A stretch of 64,000 nt of DNA from an uncultured virus (IMG/VR IMGVR_UViG_3300021185_002094) (lineage: Duplodnaviria; Heunggongvirae; Uroviricota; Caudoviricetes). The position numbers and the translations under genes were made by a program. The DNA lies in IMG/VR virus record IMGVR_UViG_3300021185_002094; one strand, given 5' to 3'. Below are positions 20,318 through 29,684 of this stretch, in pieces (the first letter of the stretch is position 1; each line of letters starts with the position of its first letter). Below the pieces are notes generated by a model. It ran no database searches. It saw only the letters and a program-made list of their open reading frames with translations, and had not been told where the DNA came from.

Positions 20318-21573
20318 TAAACTGTTCCAAAGATAGTTAATCCAACAACTTGGCCACCGGCATCACGTAATGAATCTCTAAACGCAATGTTTTGTTCACC
20401 AGGTTTTAAATAAGCATCATCTCTAACTGCAGAGAAGTTTTGCCAAGATTTATTTACACCAGATAAGTTAGCCTTTATTGCGGCAGATACTTCATCTCCA
20501 GTATTAACTGTCATATTTCTAAACGGCCCTGTTGGCCCTCTATTATACTTAGTGCCCATAACTCCAGAAAATTGTGGAATGTAATTACCATTTTTTGTAT
20601 AAACCTGAGTAACAACTCCAGTAATAGTGGTATTTCCTCCATAATTATTTCTTACTCTATTTAATACAACACCTACCACAGAAGCACGTTCTTTCGCATT
20701 TGGAGATGCCTCACTAGCAGCAGTTCTTATTAAGTAATTATAATCACTATCTGTAATACCATAGTCGCCACCTAAGTATTCTATAATCGCATCTTTAGTA
20801 TCTTGATCAGGTACGTATTGATCAACTTCAAAGTTACCGACTAAAGCGCCTACATCTATATCATCTTGTGAAGGATTTGAATTTGATCTAGGTATTGCAA
20901 GACCAGGAGCTCTCTTTGCATTATTAAGAGAAAGTGTACCTGCGTTCATCTTAATTCTACCACCACCTGTTGCCGATAAATTAATATCAGCACCTGTTGT
21001 TTGTATATACACGGGAGAGGTTGCAGATGGTTCAATTGAAATATAATTTTGGCCATCAAGTCCTAGTTTATCTCTTAATCTAATAATTTGAGAATTACTT
21101 TGTATATCTACTCCGCCATACTCATCCATAGATATTCTTGAATTGTTAGTGCCATGGAATATTTCAACCTTTTCTCTACCATCAGAGTTGTTAAATCTTA
21201 TTCTATGACCTGCTTTAGTTTTTATGTACTTATCATCATAATCACCATTATGCTCAAGTGGCGCGTCTCTAACACCCGCAGTCTGAGATGCAATAGAACC
21301 CATAACTAGAGGGTCTTGTGCAGAGGGGCCATCTCTAAAGAATCCAACGACCCAAGAACCAATCTCTAATTGATGATTAGTAGAATTACCTTGCATCGAT
21401 GCTGTATCACATGGCATCATAACTGTCGCCCATGGTAGATCATCTACATTTACTTCTGTATCATAAAAACCTAAACACCTTACTTTTACCCTATTCATAT
21501 ATTCTGGGTCTTGTACATCTTCCACAATACCTGTAAACCAAGTAAACTGTTGCCCTATAAACTCATCACTCAT
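20317..21573 (-). CDS. gp5: baseplate hub gp5-like protein with a C-terminal SleB/Hydrolase_2-like cell wall hydrolase
   Basis: Gp5 OB-fold WFTGIVEDVQDP..MNRVKVRC.G...DLPWA...GSWVVGFFRDG..AQDPLVMGSI; C-terminal LIRTAASEA..ERASVVGVVLNRV..TITGVVTQ..QFS. Confidence 0.8.
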   Translation of the reverse strand: MSDEFIGQQFTWFTGIVEDVQDPEYMNRVKVRCLGFYDTEVNVDDLPWATVMMPCDTASMQGNSTNHQLEIGSWVVGFFRDGPSAQDPLVMGSIASQTAGVRDAPLEHNGDYDDKYIKTKAGHRIRFNNSDGREKVEIFHGTNNSRISMDEYGGVDIQSNSQIIRLRDKLGLDGQNYISIEPSATSPVYIQTTGADINLSATGGGRIKMNAGTLSLNNAKRAPGLAIPRSNSNPSQDDIDVGALVGNFEVDQYVPDQDTKDAIIEYLGGDYGITDSDYNYLIRTAASEASPNAKERASVVGVVLNRVRNNYGGNTTITGVVTQVYTKNGNYIPQFSGVMGTKYNRGPTGPFRNMTVNTGDEVSAAIKANLSGVNKSWQNFSAVRDDAYLKPGEQNIAFRDSLRDAGGQVVGLTIFGTV

Positions 21574-22964
21574 TAGCTATTTTCTCCACTATCATCATTT
21601 ACATCAATATCTACTGCAGTAGAATCCCTTACGACTGTAACCTTTTGTAAAAACTTGTCTTGAAATTCTCTTAGAATATTGGTAACTAAATATTTTCCAC
21701 TTATATATTTATTAAATGTCCCTGTATTTAGTTCACCCTCTTCATTTGTATTGGAACTCGAACCTATAATGTTAAGATTTATAACTTGACCTACTTGTAA
21801 GTCTAAGTCACCTGCCAAAGAAAGTACATACTGATAACTCTTTAAGTTTGCTAAAATAGAATTAACTTCAGACTTACTAGAATCTTCGTGCATGTTTTGT
21901 GCATTTTCATCAGAAGTTTGGAATGACATACTATTCTTTGAAATATAATATGTCTTTGAATCCAATGTTTCTTCATATTTTTCTTGTGCTGAAAATGGTT
22001 TTTGAGATTCGAGTGTTTTATTTTCTCCAGTACCTTTATGAGTAAATGGAGTATTAGTATGTGTCTTTGTGCTAATATCAATATGTTGAAGAGAAGATGC
22101 ATATGCTCCTTCTTGAACGGCAATAAATTTTGAAGAACCAGATCTTGAACTTAAATTTCTAATAAGTTCTCGTTCTTCATTAAATGTTTGTGTGTCTTGA
22201 GCCGATACTCCCGGCTTATAGATGTATGTAAAATATTCTTTATTTTCTTTTCCATCTTCCAATAGTTTTTTATATGATTTGAAATGTAATATTCCATCAC
22301 TTGTTTGGTATAAGAAAAGTGGGGTCTGACTATCGTGTGAGTGTTTTCTTAACCAATTCATTGCGTTTCTAGGCTTTAATCTAGGGTATATACCTTTAAT
22401 AATATTAACACCGTCTGTTTGTATCTCTAACTTATCAGATGGTATTTTAAGATCACCAGTACAAATGTTTTTTACAAGAGTCCCTATAGATCCATTAAAA
22501 CTTCTTTTAAGTAATAACTTATTTGCTTCATGAACGTGTTCTGTAACACAATTAAATGAATAAGTTAATACACCATCTCTTGCTCTTGCCAGATTTTGTA
22601 CTTCTATTATTCTTAAATCTAATTTAATTTCTTGCGTTTCTGAAAGTGGAGATAGACCATCAGTAAGTTTAGGAGGCATCTTTCTAGTTACTGTAAGTTT
22701 TATTTTTTCATCACCAGTGATTTTATATTTATTATAATAACCATTAGTATCACCAATGGAAAGTCTTACAGTAATTTCTTGTAGCCCTAAGTCTTCTGTA
22801 ATAGTAAAGAACTGTACTAAACTACTAATATCAACTTCGGAATCTGCAGAAACTTCTCCGTACTTATGGACATATAGTTTTGCTGAATAAACATAACCAG
22901 TTGCGGTTACGTTAGTCGCGGCACTATTGACTATGCCTCCAGCCTGAACTCCATCATTATTCAT
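21573..22964 (-). CDS. baseplate hub / tail protein (gp27-like)
   Basis: Between gp53 and gp5; PLFLYQT.DG.LHFKS, LAGD.DL.VGQVI.L, SGKYLVT motifs of hub proteins. Confidence 0.65.
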   Translation of the reverse strand: MNNDGVQAGGIVNSAATNVTATGYVYSAKLYVHKYGEVSADSEVDISSLVQFFTITEDLGLQEITVRLSIGDTNGYYNKYKITGDEKIKLTVTRKMPPKLTDGLSPLSETQEIKLDLRIIEVQNLARARDGVLTYSFNCVTEHVHEANKLLLKRSFNGSIGTLVKNICTGDLKIPSDKLEIQTDGVNIIKGIYPRLKPRNAMNWLRKHSHDSQTPLFLYQTSDGILHFKSYKKLLEDGKENKEYFTYIYKPGVSAQDTQTFNEERELIRNLSSRSGSSKFIAVQEGAYASSLQHIDISTKTHTNTPFTHKGTGENKTLESQKPFSAQEKYEETLDSKTYYISKNSMSFQTSDENAQNMHEDSSKSEVNSILANLKSYQYVLSLAGDLDLQVGQVINLNIIGSSSNTNEEGELNTGTFNKYISGKYLVTNILREFQDKFLQKVTVVRDSTAVDIDVNDDSGENS

Positions 22965-23907
22965 TTAATAAATCCATATAATCTTTTGCGAATTGGGCAA
23001 TACTATCTGGTCTTATCACTCTTAGATTAGACCTTTCATCATTTAATCTTATAATATGTGCTCTGTTGCTTTCATACTGTAAACCATTTTCAGAAGCACC
23101 AGTAGCATCTGCTTCTGCTAATTGTGATCTTTGTGGAATCCCGATCTCATCAAGTAAACCTTCTTCTGTTGCATATGAGGGTTCGTAATTATTATTAATA
23201 ACATTATTTATGTTACCAGTATTAACCGCATCTGGAGATTCAGTAAACACAATATTTGAAAATTCTCTTTCTGTTATGTTACCATTTGCATCAGCAACAT
23301 TTTTATAATATCTATGTGGTGCATCTGCATATTTCCAAGCTTTAAATGTACTAACACTATCTTGGCTTGTAGAACCAACTACTAATTCGGTAACAGTTCC
23401 TGTGCCTATAAAAGAACCAGTAACATTTTTTACTATTAATTGATTTTTGTCAATGTCTTTCTTAATAAGAGTACCTGTGGCATTAGAAGTACCTCCTGTA
23501 ATGGTCTCTCCTAATTGAAACTTACCTGCAATGGAATTAATATGTGTATTAGTAATACCATCAGAATCTGGATCAGGTGTTGGATTAGATGAAATAGCCC
23601 AACCTTCAAATTCTTTTTCAATGTATGACTCTAGCATTCGTGTACTCATAGGCCATACTTTATATCCATCATGTAAAAAATTATTTACTACAAAGAATGT
23701 CCAATAATATATTGGAGTACCATATAATCTTTGAGATACAATATCTGGTCTTTCACCATCTTGTACTCGGTACTGGGTATAAGAGTACTGTTGATCTAAC
23801 CTATCATTTAACGGTCTTACTTGTCTATAGATATCTACAACTTGCTGAGTAGAACCAGTTCGGTTAATATCATATGGTACTGTTGGAAACTTTTTAAAAT
23901 AATTCAT
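22957..23907 (-). CDS. gp53: baseplate wedge subunit
   Basis: MNYFKKFP.V.Y, Y.VQDGERPDIVS.RLYG...YYW, WPMS, LNDERS.LRVIRP. Confidence 0.9.
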   Translation of the reverse strand: MNYFKKFPTVPYDINRTGSTQQVVDIYRQVRPLNDRLDQQYSYTQYRVQDGERPDIVSQRLYGTPIYYWTFFVVNNFLHDGYKVWPMSTRMLESYIEKEFEGWAISSNPTPDPDSDGITNTHINSIAGKFQLGETITGGTSNATGTLIKKDIDKNQLIVKNVTGSFIGTGTVTELVVGSTSQDSVSTFKAWKYADAPHRYYKNVADANGNITEREFSNIVFTESPDAVNTGNINNVINNNYEPSYATEEGLLDEIGIPQRSQLAEADATGASENGLQYESNRAHIIRLNDERSNLRVIRPDSIAQFAKDYMDLLNE

Positions 23908-24713
23908 TATTCGCTCTCATCTTTTTGCAACGTTGGGTCATCACCTTCATATAAATCCCCTCTTGTAAGTTGTCTTACCTCTTGGAATGATAACTGAATT
24001 GTTGTATCTGTTGGTGCACCATCTTTATGGAACATATTACTATTCTCATTATAAGAGGTAGATAAACCAGTTAAATAACAATTTGCTAATTTAGGCATAA
24101 ATTTATCTCTTTTTGCGCCTCTAAAAAACTCTACTTTTATTTCGGGTGGATACTTTAATGAGAATCCTAAATTAGATCCTTTTTCTGGATACATATTTTT
24201 CCTAAATGTATTTTCTATATAACTAATTGTTCTGGAATCGGATGCACTAGATGGAACTAATTTAAAAGTAAATGAAAACTGCCTAATACCCATATCTTCA
24301 AATGTAGCTACAGTTTTATTATTCAATGCTATCTTAGATTGTGCAGATTGTCTTAATAGAGTATCAACTGCTAAACCACTACCGCCAGAACTTTGCATAA
24401 TAGCTGCAGTGATCATGTTTATTTCACCATCAGACGCGCCATTAATTTGAGCCCTTGCCCCTTCTGTGCCAGTATTTAATGTTTTACCAAATTGACTTAT
24501 TGCATCTATTGTTCCGAAATTCATAGAGCCAAAGTTTGCGCTATCTTCTATTGAAAATCCATTAGGTACGTATAATGCAATAACCTTAATAGGCGAACTG
24601 GCGTCTGAATTTAATATACTAAACTTTACATATGCACTACCTGGATCATTTTCTTTTGTAGGTGACTCCACCAAACTGCCAGGAAACTTGGTTATTTCAA
24701 CTGATTCTGCCAC
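23907..24713 (-). CDS. gp48: baseplate tail tube cap
   Basis: IALYVP, FEDMGIRQFSFTFKLVP.S..DS..I..I...FR..MYP, CYLTGLSTSY, DGAP....IQLSFQE; GTG start. Confidence 0.85.
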   Translation of the reverse strand: MAESVEITKFPGSLVESPTKENDPGSAYVKFSILNSDASSPIKVIALYVPNGFSIEDSANFGSMNFGTIDAISQFGKTLNTGTEGARAQINGASDGEINMITAAIMQSSGGSGLAVDTLLRQSAQSKIALNNKTVATFEDMGIRQFSFTFKLVPSSASDSRTISYIENTFRKNMYPEKGSNLGFSLKYPPEIKVEFFRGAKRDKFMPKLANCYLTGLSTSYNENSNMFHKDGAPTDTTIQLSFQEVRQLTRGDLYEGDDPTLQKDESE

Positions 24714-24725
24714 GTTTTTACCCCT

Positions 24726-24733
24726 TATAAATA
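24726..24733 (+). promoter_or_regulatory. T4-type late promoter for gp4
   Basis: Exact TATAAATA in the divergent gap. Confidence 0.75.
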
Positions 24734-24759
24734 GATATATTATTAATTAACATATAGAG

Positions 24760-24767
24760 TATTTATA
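24760..24767 (-). promoter_or_regulatory. T4-type late promoter for the gp48-gp53-gp5 operon
   Basis: Exact TATAAATA on the minus strand abutting the gp4 ATG. Confidence 0.7.
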
Positions 24768-25214
24768 ATGGCTTATAGAGGGAAATATACAATTAAACGT
24801 AAAGATAAATATCTGGGTGATGCATCCAGTGTAGTTTATCGTTCATTATGGGAAAGACAAGCATTCAAGTGGTGTGAAAGTAATCCTAAAGTAAAAAGAT
24901 GGAATAGTGAAGAGATAGTTATTCCCTATAAGTGTAAGACCGATAACAAGCTGCATAGATATTATGTAGACTTACTTATTGAATTAGATAATAAAGAAAT
25001 CATTTTGGTTGAAATTAAACCAAAGAAAGAAACATCACCTCCTAAAAAGCCCTCTCGCAAAACTAAAAGATATATCAATGAGGTTATGACATATATTAAG
25101 AACCAATCTAAATGGGAAGCAGCACAACAATACGCAGATCATAAAGGTTGGAAGTTTCAAGTGTGGACCGAAGATACTTTAGGCAATCTAGGTATCAAAC
25201 TACTGAAAAGTTGA
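24768..25214 (+). CDS. gp4: head completion nuclease
   Basis: MAYRGKY...KYLGD...VVYRSLWER..F.WC..NP.V..W.SEE..IPY..HRYYVD..LVEIKP. Confidence 0.95.
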   Translation: MAYRGKYTIKRKDKYLGDASSVVYRSLWERQAFKWCESNPKVKRWNSEEIVIPYKCKTDNKLHRYYVDLLIELDNKEIILVEIKPKKETSPPKKPSRKTKRYINEVMTYIKNQSKWEAAQQYADHKGWKFQVWTEDTLGNLGIKLLKS

Positions 25215-25222
25215 TATAAATA
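25215..25222 (+). promoter_or_regulatory. T4-type late promoter for gp2
   Basis: TATAAATA followed by an AGGAG RBS and the ATG at 25244. Confidence 0.8.
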
Positions 25223-25243
25223 GTTATACAGGAGAAAAACTTT

Positions 25244-25837
25244 ATGGCATCATTGTTCGATACATTACAGGCCCAGGCTTTCAGAGCAGGTATTACTGCA
25301 CGTACTAAAAAGTCCCAGAAGTGGTTTCGTGATAAAATTGAAGATATGAAAATGCCGAGTAGACAAAGTCTACTTAAAGATGATGCATTAGACCCTACAA
25401 CAAGAGAGTTAAGAGGTTCAATGTATATGTATTTTTATGATCCAAAACATAAAGCAACATTACCTTATTATGATAGATTCCCTTTAGTTCTTTTAATAGA
25501 GCCAAGGAAAAATGGCTTTTTAGGATTAAACTTACACTATCTAAGACCAGATATCCGTGCAAAGTTTCTTGATGAGTTAATGAAACTATCTCCAGCAAAA
25601 GTAAAAGATACATCACGATTAATAAAAGCAAGATATGATCTTCTAACCTCTACAAGAAAATATAAAGAATTTAGGCCATGTCTTAAAATGTATTTAAGCG
25701 ATCACGTAAAATCTAGGTTAGTAAGAGTACCTATGAGTGAATGGGAAATAGCAATATTCTTACCAACTGAACAATTTAGAAAATCAGGTAAGAGTAAGGT
25801 TTGGGCAGAATCAATTAAAATTGCGAGACAGACATGA
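25244..25837 (+). CDS. gp2: DNA end protector protein
   Basis: MYMYFYDPKHKATLPYYDRFPLV...GFLGLNLHYL. Confidence 0.95.
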   Translation: MASLFDTLQAQAFRAGITARTKKSQKWFRDKIEDMKMPSRQSLLKDDALDPTTRELRGSMYMYFYDPKHKATLPYYDRFPLVLLIEPRKNGFLGLNLHYLRPDIRAKFLDELMKLSPAKVKDTSRLIKARYDLLTSTRKYKEFRPCLKMYLSDHVKSRLVRVPMSEWEIAIFLPTEQFRKSGKSKVWAESIKIARQT

Positions 25838-26469
25838 ATGTAGATAAACTAAAATCAACAATTGCAAAACGTGGTGGTATTGCCAGACTGAATAGATTTA
25901 AGGTAATCTTAACACCTCCAAAACAAAGTTTATTTAATATAGACCCAGAGGCAATTTTCACCAGTCTTATATCTGGCGATGGTGTTAATGTTAAAAGTCT
26001 AATTAATGACCCTCGTGATATTTCTATGTTGTGCACAGGAGCTCAGATTCCTGGAAGAGAATTTTCAACAGATGAAATAACAATGGAAAAACAAACCGTA
26101 AAAATGCCTTACGGATTTATTGATCCAGATGTAGAATTAAAGTTTATGTGTACAAATGATATGTACATGAAAAAGATGTTTGATGGTTGGTCGAGATCAG
26201 TAATAGATTCAGAGACATATACATTAGGCTATAAAGATGATTATACAAGCGATATAATCATTCAACAATTAAATATGGACAATAAAGTCACATATGGTGC
26301 AAAGTTAATTAATGCATATCCAGTAGCTGTCGGCTCAATAGATTATGAATCTGGGTCGGAAGAAGTTGCTGAATTTACAGTATCATTTGCATATGATAAA
26401 TATGAATTGGAAGGTGGATTAAGTTCTACCCTCTCTGGAGTAACAGAAGCTCTAGGCGTTTTAGGATAA
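25834..26469 (+). CDS. gp54: baseplate-tail tube initiator (gp54/gp19-like)
   Basis: GIAR.NRF.V, C....IPGR, YKDDY..DI.I.QL, KL.NAYP..V, F.V.FAY; synteny with gp2 and gp26. Confidence 0.75.
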   Translation: MNVDKLKSTIAKRGGIARLNRFKVILTPPKQSLFNIDPEAIFTSLISGDGVNVKSLINDPRDISMLCTGAQIPGREFSTDEITMEKQTVKMPYGFIDPDVELKFMCTNDMYMKKMFDGWSRSVIDSETYTLGYKDDYTSDIIIQQLNMDNKVTYGAKLINAYPVAVGSIDYESGSEEVAEFTVSFAYDKYELEGGLSSTLSGVTEALGVLG

Positions 26470-26493
26470 TTATATTATAGGAGAATAAATATT

Positions 26494-27216
26494 ATGGCGT
26501 TACCAGTAGTGAATTCCTCTCGTTATGAGGTAGAAATTCCAAGTATGGGAGTTACAGTTGAGTACAGACCATTCTTGGTAAAAGAAGAAAAAGTTTTAAT
26601 GATTGCATTGGAATCTAAAGATCAGAATCATGTTCTTAGAGCCATTAAAAATGTATTAAAATCATGTATCTTTGATGAAGTAGATGTTAATAATTTTGCA
26701 TCTTTTGATTTAGAGTATATCTTCTTAAAGTTGAGGCAAAAGTCAGTTGGGGAAACAGTAGATTTAAAACTTAACTGTCAGAATGAAGAGTGTAATAATA
26801 AGATTGATCATACAGTAAACTTAGAAGAAATTAAGCTTACTGGTTTAGATAAAGAAAGAATCGTTATGATTACAGAAGAGGTCGGTATTCAGTTTGATTA
26901 CCCATCACTTGATACTTTGGCTGGACTTAAAATAGATGAAAAGTCTAATCAAGATCAACAGTTACAAGAGACAATGAAGTTGATTAGAAGTTCAATTACA
27001 AATATCTTTGATGATGATAATGTATATCCATCTAATGAAAGTACAGATGAAGAACTTAATGATTTTTTAGATGGGCTTAATTCAGAACAGTTTAAGAAGA
27101 TAGCAGACTGGTTTGGTAATACACCTTCATTAGTAAAGAATGTAGAATATAAGTGTGGTAAGTGTGGCAACGAGAATAGTTTGGAGTTAAGAGGTCTCCA
27201 AAGTTTTTTTACTTAG
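26494..27216 (+). CDS. gp26: baseplate hub assembly protein
   Basis: MALP.V....YE..IPS....V.YRPFLVKEEKVLMIA.ES, FDLEYIFLKLR.KSVGE, two Cys pairs, ends GLQSFFT. Confidence 0.92.
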   Translation: MALPVVNSSRYEVEIPSMGVTVEYRPFLVKEEKVLMIALESKDQNHVLRAIKNVLKSCIFDEVDVNNFASFDLEYIFLKLRQKSVGETVDLKLNCQNEECNNKIDHTVNLEEIKLTGLDKERIVMITEEVGIQFDYPSLDTLAGLKIDEKSNQDQQLQETMKLIRSSITNIFDDDNVYPSNESTDEELNDFLDGLNSEQFKKIADWFGNTPSLVKNVEYKCGKCGNENSLELRGLQSFFT

Positions 27217-27407
27217 CCCTGGCTCATGATTCCTTAGTGAATCATTATAAAACAAACTTTGCTATGATGCAACATCATAACTATAGTTTAACAGAGCTAG
27301 ATAATATGATACCATGGGAAAGAGAAATTTATGTGGCTTTATTGCAGAATCATATTAAAGAAGAAAATGATAGGCAAAAATCACAAGAAAGAAAAATGAG
27401 GAAATAG
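27204..27407 (+). CDS. gp51: baseplate hub assembly catalyst (not in ORF track; -1 frame relative to gp26)
   Basis: Translates FFYLALAHDSLVNHYKTNFAMMQHHNYSLTELDNMIPWEREIYVALLQNHIKEE...; first ATG only at 27264, so the start is uncertain (frameshift or GTG/CTG). Confidence 0.85.
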   Translation, partial: FFYLALAHDSLVNHYKTNFAMMQHHNYSLTELDNMIPWEREIYVALLQNHIKEENDRQKSQERKMRK

Positions 27408-27409
27408 AA

Positions 27410-27739
27410 ATGGGAGAAGATGAAATAAAGGCTAGCGGACATCATCCAGCAGATACTAATGGTGATGGAAAGGTAAGCAGAAAAGAACAAGAAATGTATT
27501 TAGAGTTTAAGAGAAAAGAACTTGAAGATGCAGATGCTATGAGAGATGCTCAAAGAAAGATGGCATGGTTTGCTCTCGGCGGTATGTTACTATATCCCTT
27601 TGCAGTAGTTGTTGCAGTATTATCTGGGTTAGATCAAGCAAGTAAAATTCTCGGAGACATGGCAGCAACATATTTTGTTGCAGTTGCTGGTATTGTAGCC
27701 GCATTCTTTGGATCACAAGCATTTGGGAATAAGAAATAA
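27410..27739 (+). CDS. membrane protein with an EF-hand-like loop
   Basis: DTNGDGKVSRKE loop and two hydrophobic helices. Confidence 0.7.
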   Translation: MGEDEIKASGHHPADTNGDGKVSRKEQEMYLEFKRKELEDADAMRDAQRKMAWFALGGMLLYPFAVVVAVLSGLDQASKILGDMAATYFVAVAGIVAAFFGSQAFGNKK

Positions 27740-27855
27740 TGGAAGGGTTAACAGAAATTAATAACCTAAGTTATTTTGATGGTATAATGCTAACATTTTG
27801 GTTAGGTATAGTATATTATGGGAAATGTTGGATAGACAATAAATTTAAGGATTAG
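27739..27855 (+). CDS. small hydrophobic protein, 38 aa (not in ORF track)
   Basis: MEGLTEINNLSYFDGIMLTFWLGIVYYGKCWIDNKFKD; TAATG coupling; fills the gap exactly. Confidence 0.55.
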   Translation: MEGLTEINNLSYFDGIMLTFWLGIVYYGKCWIDNKFKD

Positions 27856-27857
27856 TC

Positions 27858-29606
27858 ATGGCCGATAATAAAAAACTAAGAGAAAAAGCTAAAAAAGAAG
27901 CAGCTGCTATAAAGCAAAAGCAACAAGATTTTCAAAATGAAAGAAAAGGTAGGATGGTTAAGGTTGCTGAAGAACATAAATCTCTCTTAGAAAGAGCCAA
28001 TAAAGCCATACAAGATGGTAACACTGAACAGGCTAAAGGTTTAAAAGAAAGAGCTTCACATTTTGCAAAAGTTCTTAATGGCACTGGCCGTCAACTTAGT
28101 AATAGTTATTTAAAAAGTATATTAGAATCTTCTGAACAACAAGACCTAGACTCAAAACAAAATTTAGATTCAGTCAGACATGCAATCGAAAAACAAACAG
28201 AAGAGTTTGAAAAAAGTAGCAAAGAAGCAGCCGCATTTGCACAAGCACAACCTCTTCTAAAACCATTAGAAGCACTTAATAAAAAAATAGAACTATCAAA
28301 TAAGGCAGAAGTTGCAAGAGAAAAACTTGGCCAAAATGCTCTAGGTAAAAGACTGAGAGACTTAGGAAGTGCATTTGGTAAAGCCGCTTCAAAGTCTGAT
28401 ATGCTTAGAGCCAAAGAACTTCAAGAACAATATGCAATTGCAGATCAAAATTTACAAAAGGCAATGGCCGGTGGTAATGATGAAGAGATAAAACTTGCTC
28501 AAGAACAAGTTGATAGACTTGATGAGACTGTAAAATCTGAAGAGGATAGAAGAGAACAGACTAAGAAGGCCGATGAAGCAAATAGTTTATTAGCAAGAAT
28601 TAGTACTGGAGTTGAAGATTTCGGTAGTAAGCTAGGTGGGTTCTTAAAAGGTGGTAGTATCTTGGGTGGACTTATAGGTGCTGCTCTTGCATTATTCTCA
28701 CCTGAAAAGTTTGCTGAAATCGTTAGAGCAGCAATTGAGAAAGTAATGACAGTAGTTGATTTTATAAAAGATTTAATAGAAGGAGACTTTACAAATGCTT
28801 GGGAAACTTTTAAGAATAATTTAGGAACATTTGCAATTATTATAGGTGGTTTATTACTTTATCTTGGGCCGGGTTTAATAACAGCAGCTAGTAGTTTATT
28901 TGGAGTAGTAAAAACAGTAGGACTCTTTTTAAGATTTACTGCTTTCCCAGCACTAATAACTGGCCTAACTTCACTTGGAACTATGATGGGATTTACTGCA
29001 GGAACTATAGGTGTAATCGCCGCCCCTGTAATCGCAATCATTGCGGCACTTGGTCTTATATATTTCGGATTTAAAAAATTACAAGATTCCCTGGGCCCAG
29101 GTGCAGGTATATTAGATACTTTAAAAGTTGCAGGTCTTTACTTCTTAGACGCACTATCATTTATCGCTAATGCAATTACTTTCTTACCTCGTAAGATATT
29201 TGAATTTCTTGGAGGTGGTAGATTAGCAAGATGGCTATTCGGTGATGGTGCTGGTGATATGGCAGATCAGTTTCTAGGTGAAGGTTTAGACACAAATAGA
29301 GGCCGTACAGCACAGAATGAAATTAGACAAAGAAATGAAGAAGAGGCCGAGATAGCTAGATTACAAGCTTTAGAAGATGCTAGAAATGACCAGACAGCCG
29401 CAACTTTAACTGATCCAAATAATGTTGCAAACTTAGGTGCAGTTCCTAATATTGATATGGCTGCACTTAATGATGCATTGGCCCAAGCAGGTGGTGGTGC
29501 CACAGTAGGTGTTAGTACTAATAATATTGCACAAGATAACAAACAAATTACTCAAGTCATAGATCAAGGTATAAGTCAAAGCAATTCTGCTCTGGCAATA
29601 AACTAA
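27858..29606 (+). CDS. tape measure-like protein (gp29-like)
   Basis: 582 aa; coiled-coil N half, central G/A/L-rich hydrophobic segments; downstream of gp26/gp51. Confidence 0.7.
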   Translation: MADNKKLREKAKKEAAAIKQKQQDFQNERKGRMVKVAEEHKSLLERANKAIQDGNTEQAKGLKERASHFAKVLNGTGRQLSNSYLKSILESSEQQDLDSKQNLDSVRHAIEKQTEEFEKSSKEAAAFAQAQPLLKPLEALNKKIELSNKAEVAREKLGQNALGKRLRDLGSAFGKAASKSDMLRAKELQEQYAIADQNLQKAMAGGNDEEIKLAQEQVDRLDETVKSEEDRREQTKKADEANSLLARISTGVEDFGSKLGGFLKGGSILGGLIGAALALFSPEKFAEIVRAAIEKVMTVVDFIKDLIEGDFTNAWETFKNNLGTFAIIIGGLLLYLGPGLITAASSLFGVVKTVGLFLRFTAFPALITGLTSLGTMMGFTAGTIGVIAAPVIAIIAALGLIYFGFKKLQDSLGPGAGILDTLKVAGLYFLDALSFIANAITFLPRKIFEFLGGGRLARWLFGDGAGDMADQFLGEGLDTNRGRTAQNEIRQRNEEEAEIARLQALEDARNDQTAATLTDPNNVANLGAVPNIDMAALNDALAQAGGGATVGVSTNNIAQDNKQITQVIDQGISQSNSALAIN

Positions 29607-29608
29607 AC

Positions 29609-29635
29609 AAAAAAAGGGAGAGGTTTCCCTCTCCC
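29609..29635 (-). terminator. intrinsic terminator after gp32
   Basis: GGGAGAGG-GAAA-CCTCTCCC hairpin followed by TTTTTTT on the minus strand, between convergent genes. Confidence 0.9.
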
Positions 29636-29684
29636 AAAAGTACTTCGTATTTTCGGCAGTCCGCCTAGTTATTATTATAACTCT

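Noticed and set aside
1345..23000. Antisense and alternative-frame ORFs within structural genes (e.g. 3351-3713 +, 11176-11493 +, 19233-19775 +)
   Set aside because: Shadow ORFs from codon bias of the real genes; no RBS or recognisable motifs.
29640..29684. Riboswitch or ncRNA between gp32 and its terminator
   Set aside because: Only a 3-bp stem is visible and no known motif was recognised.
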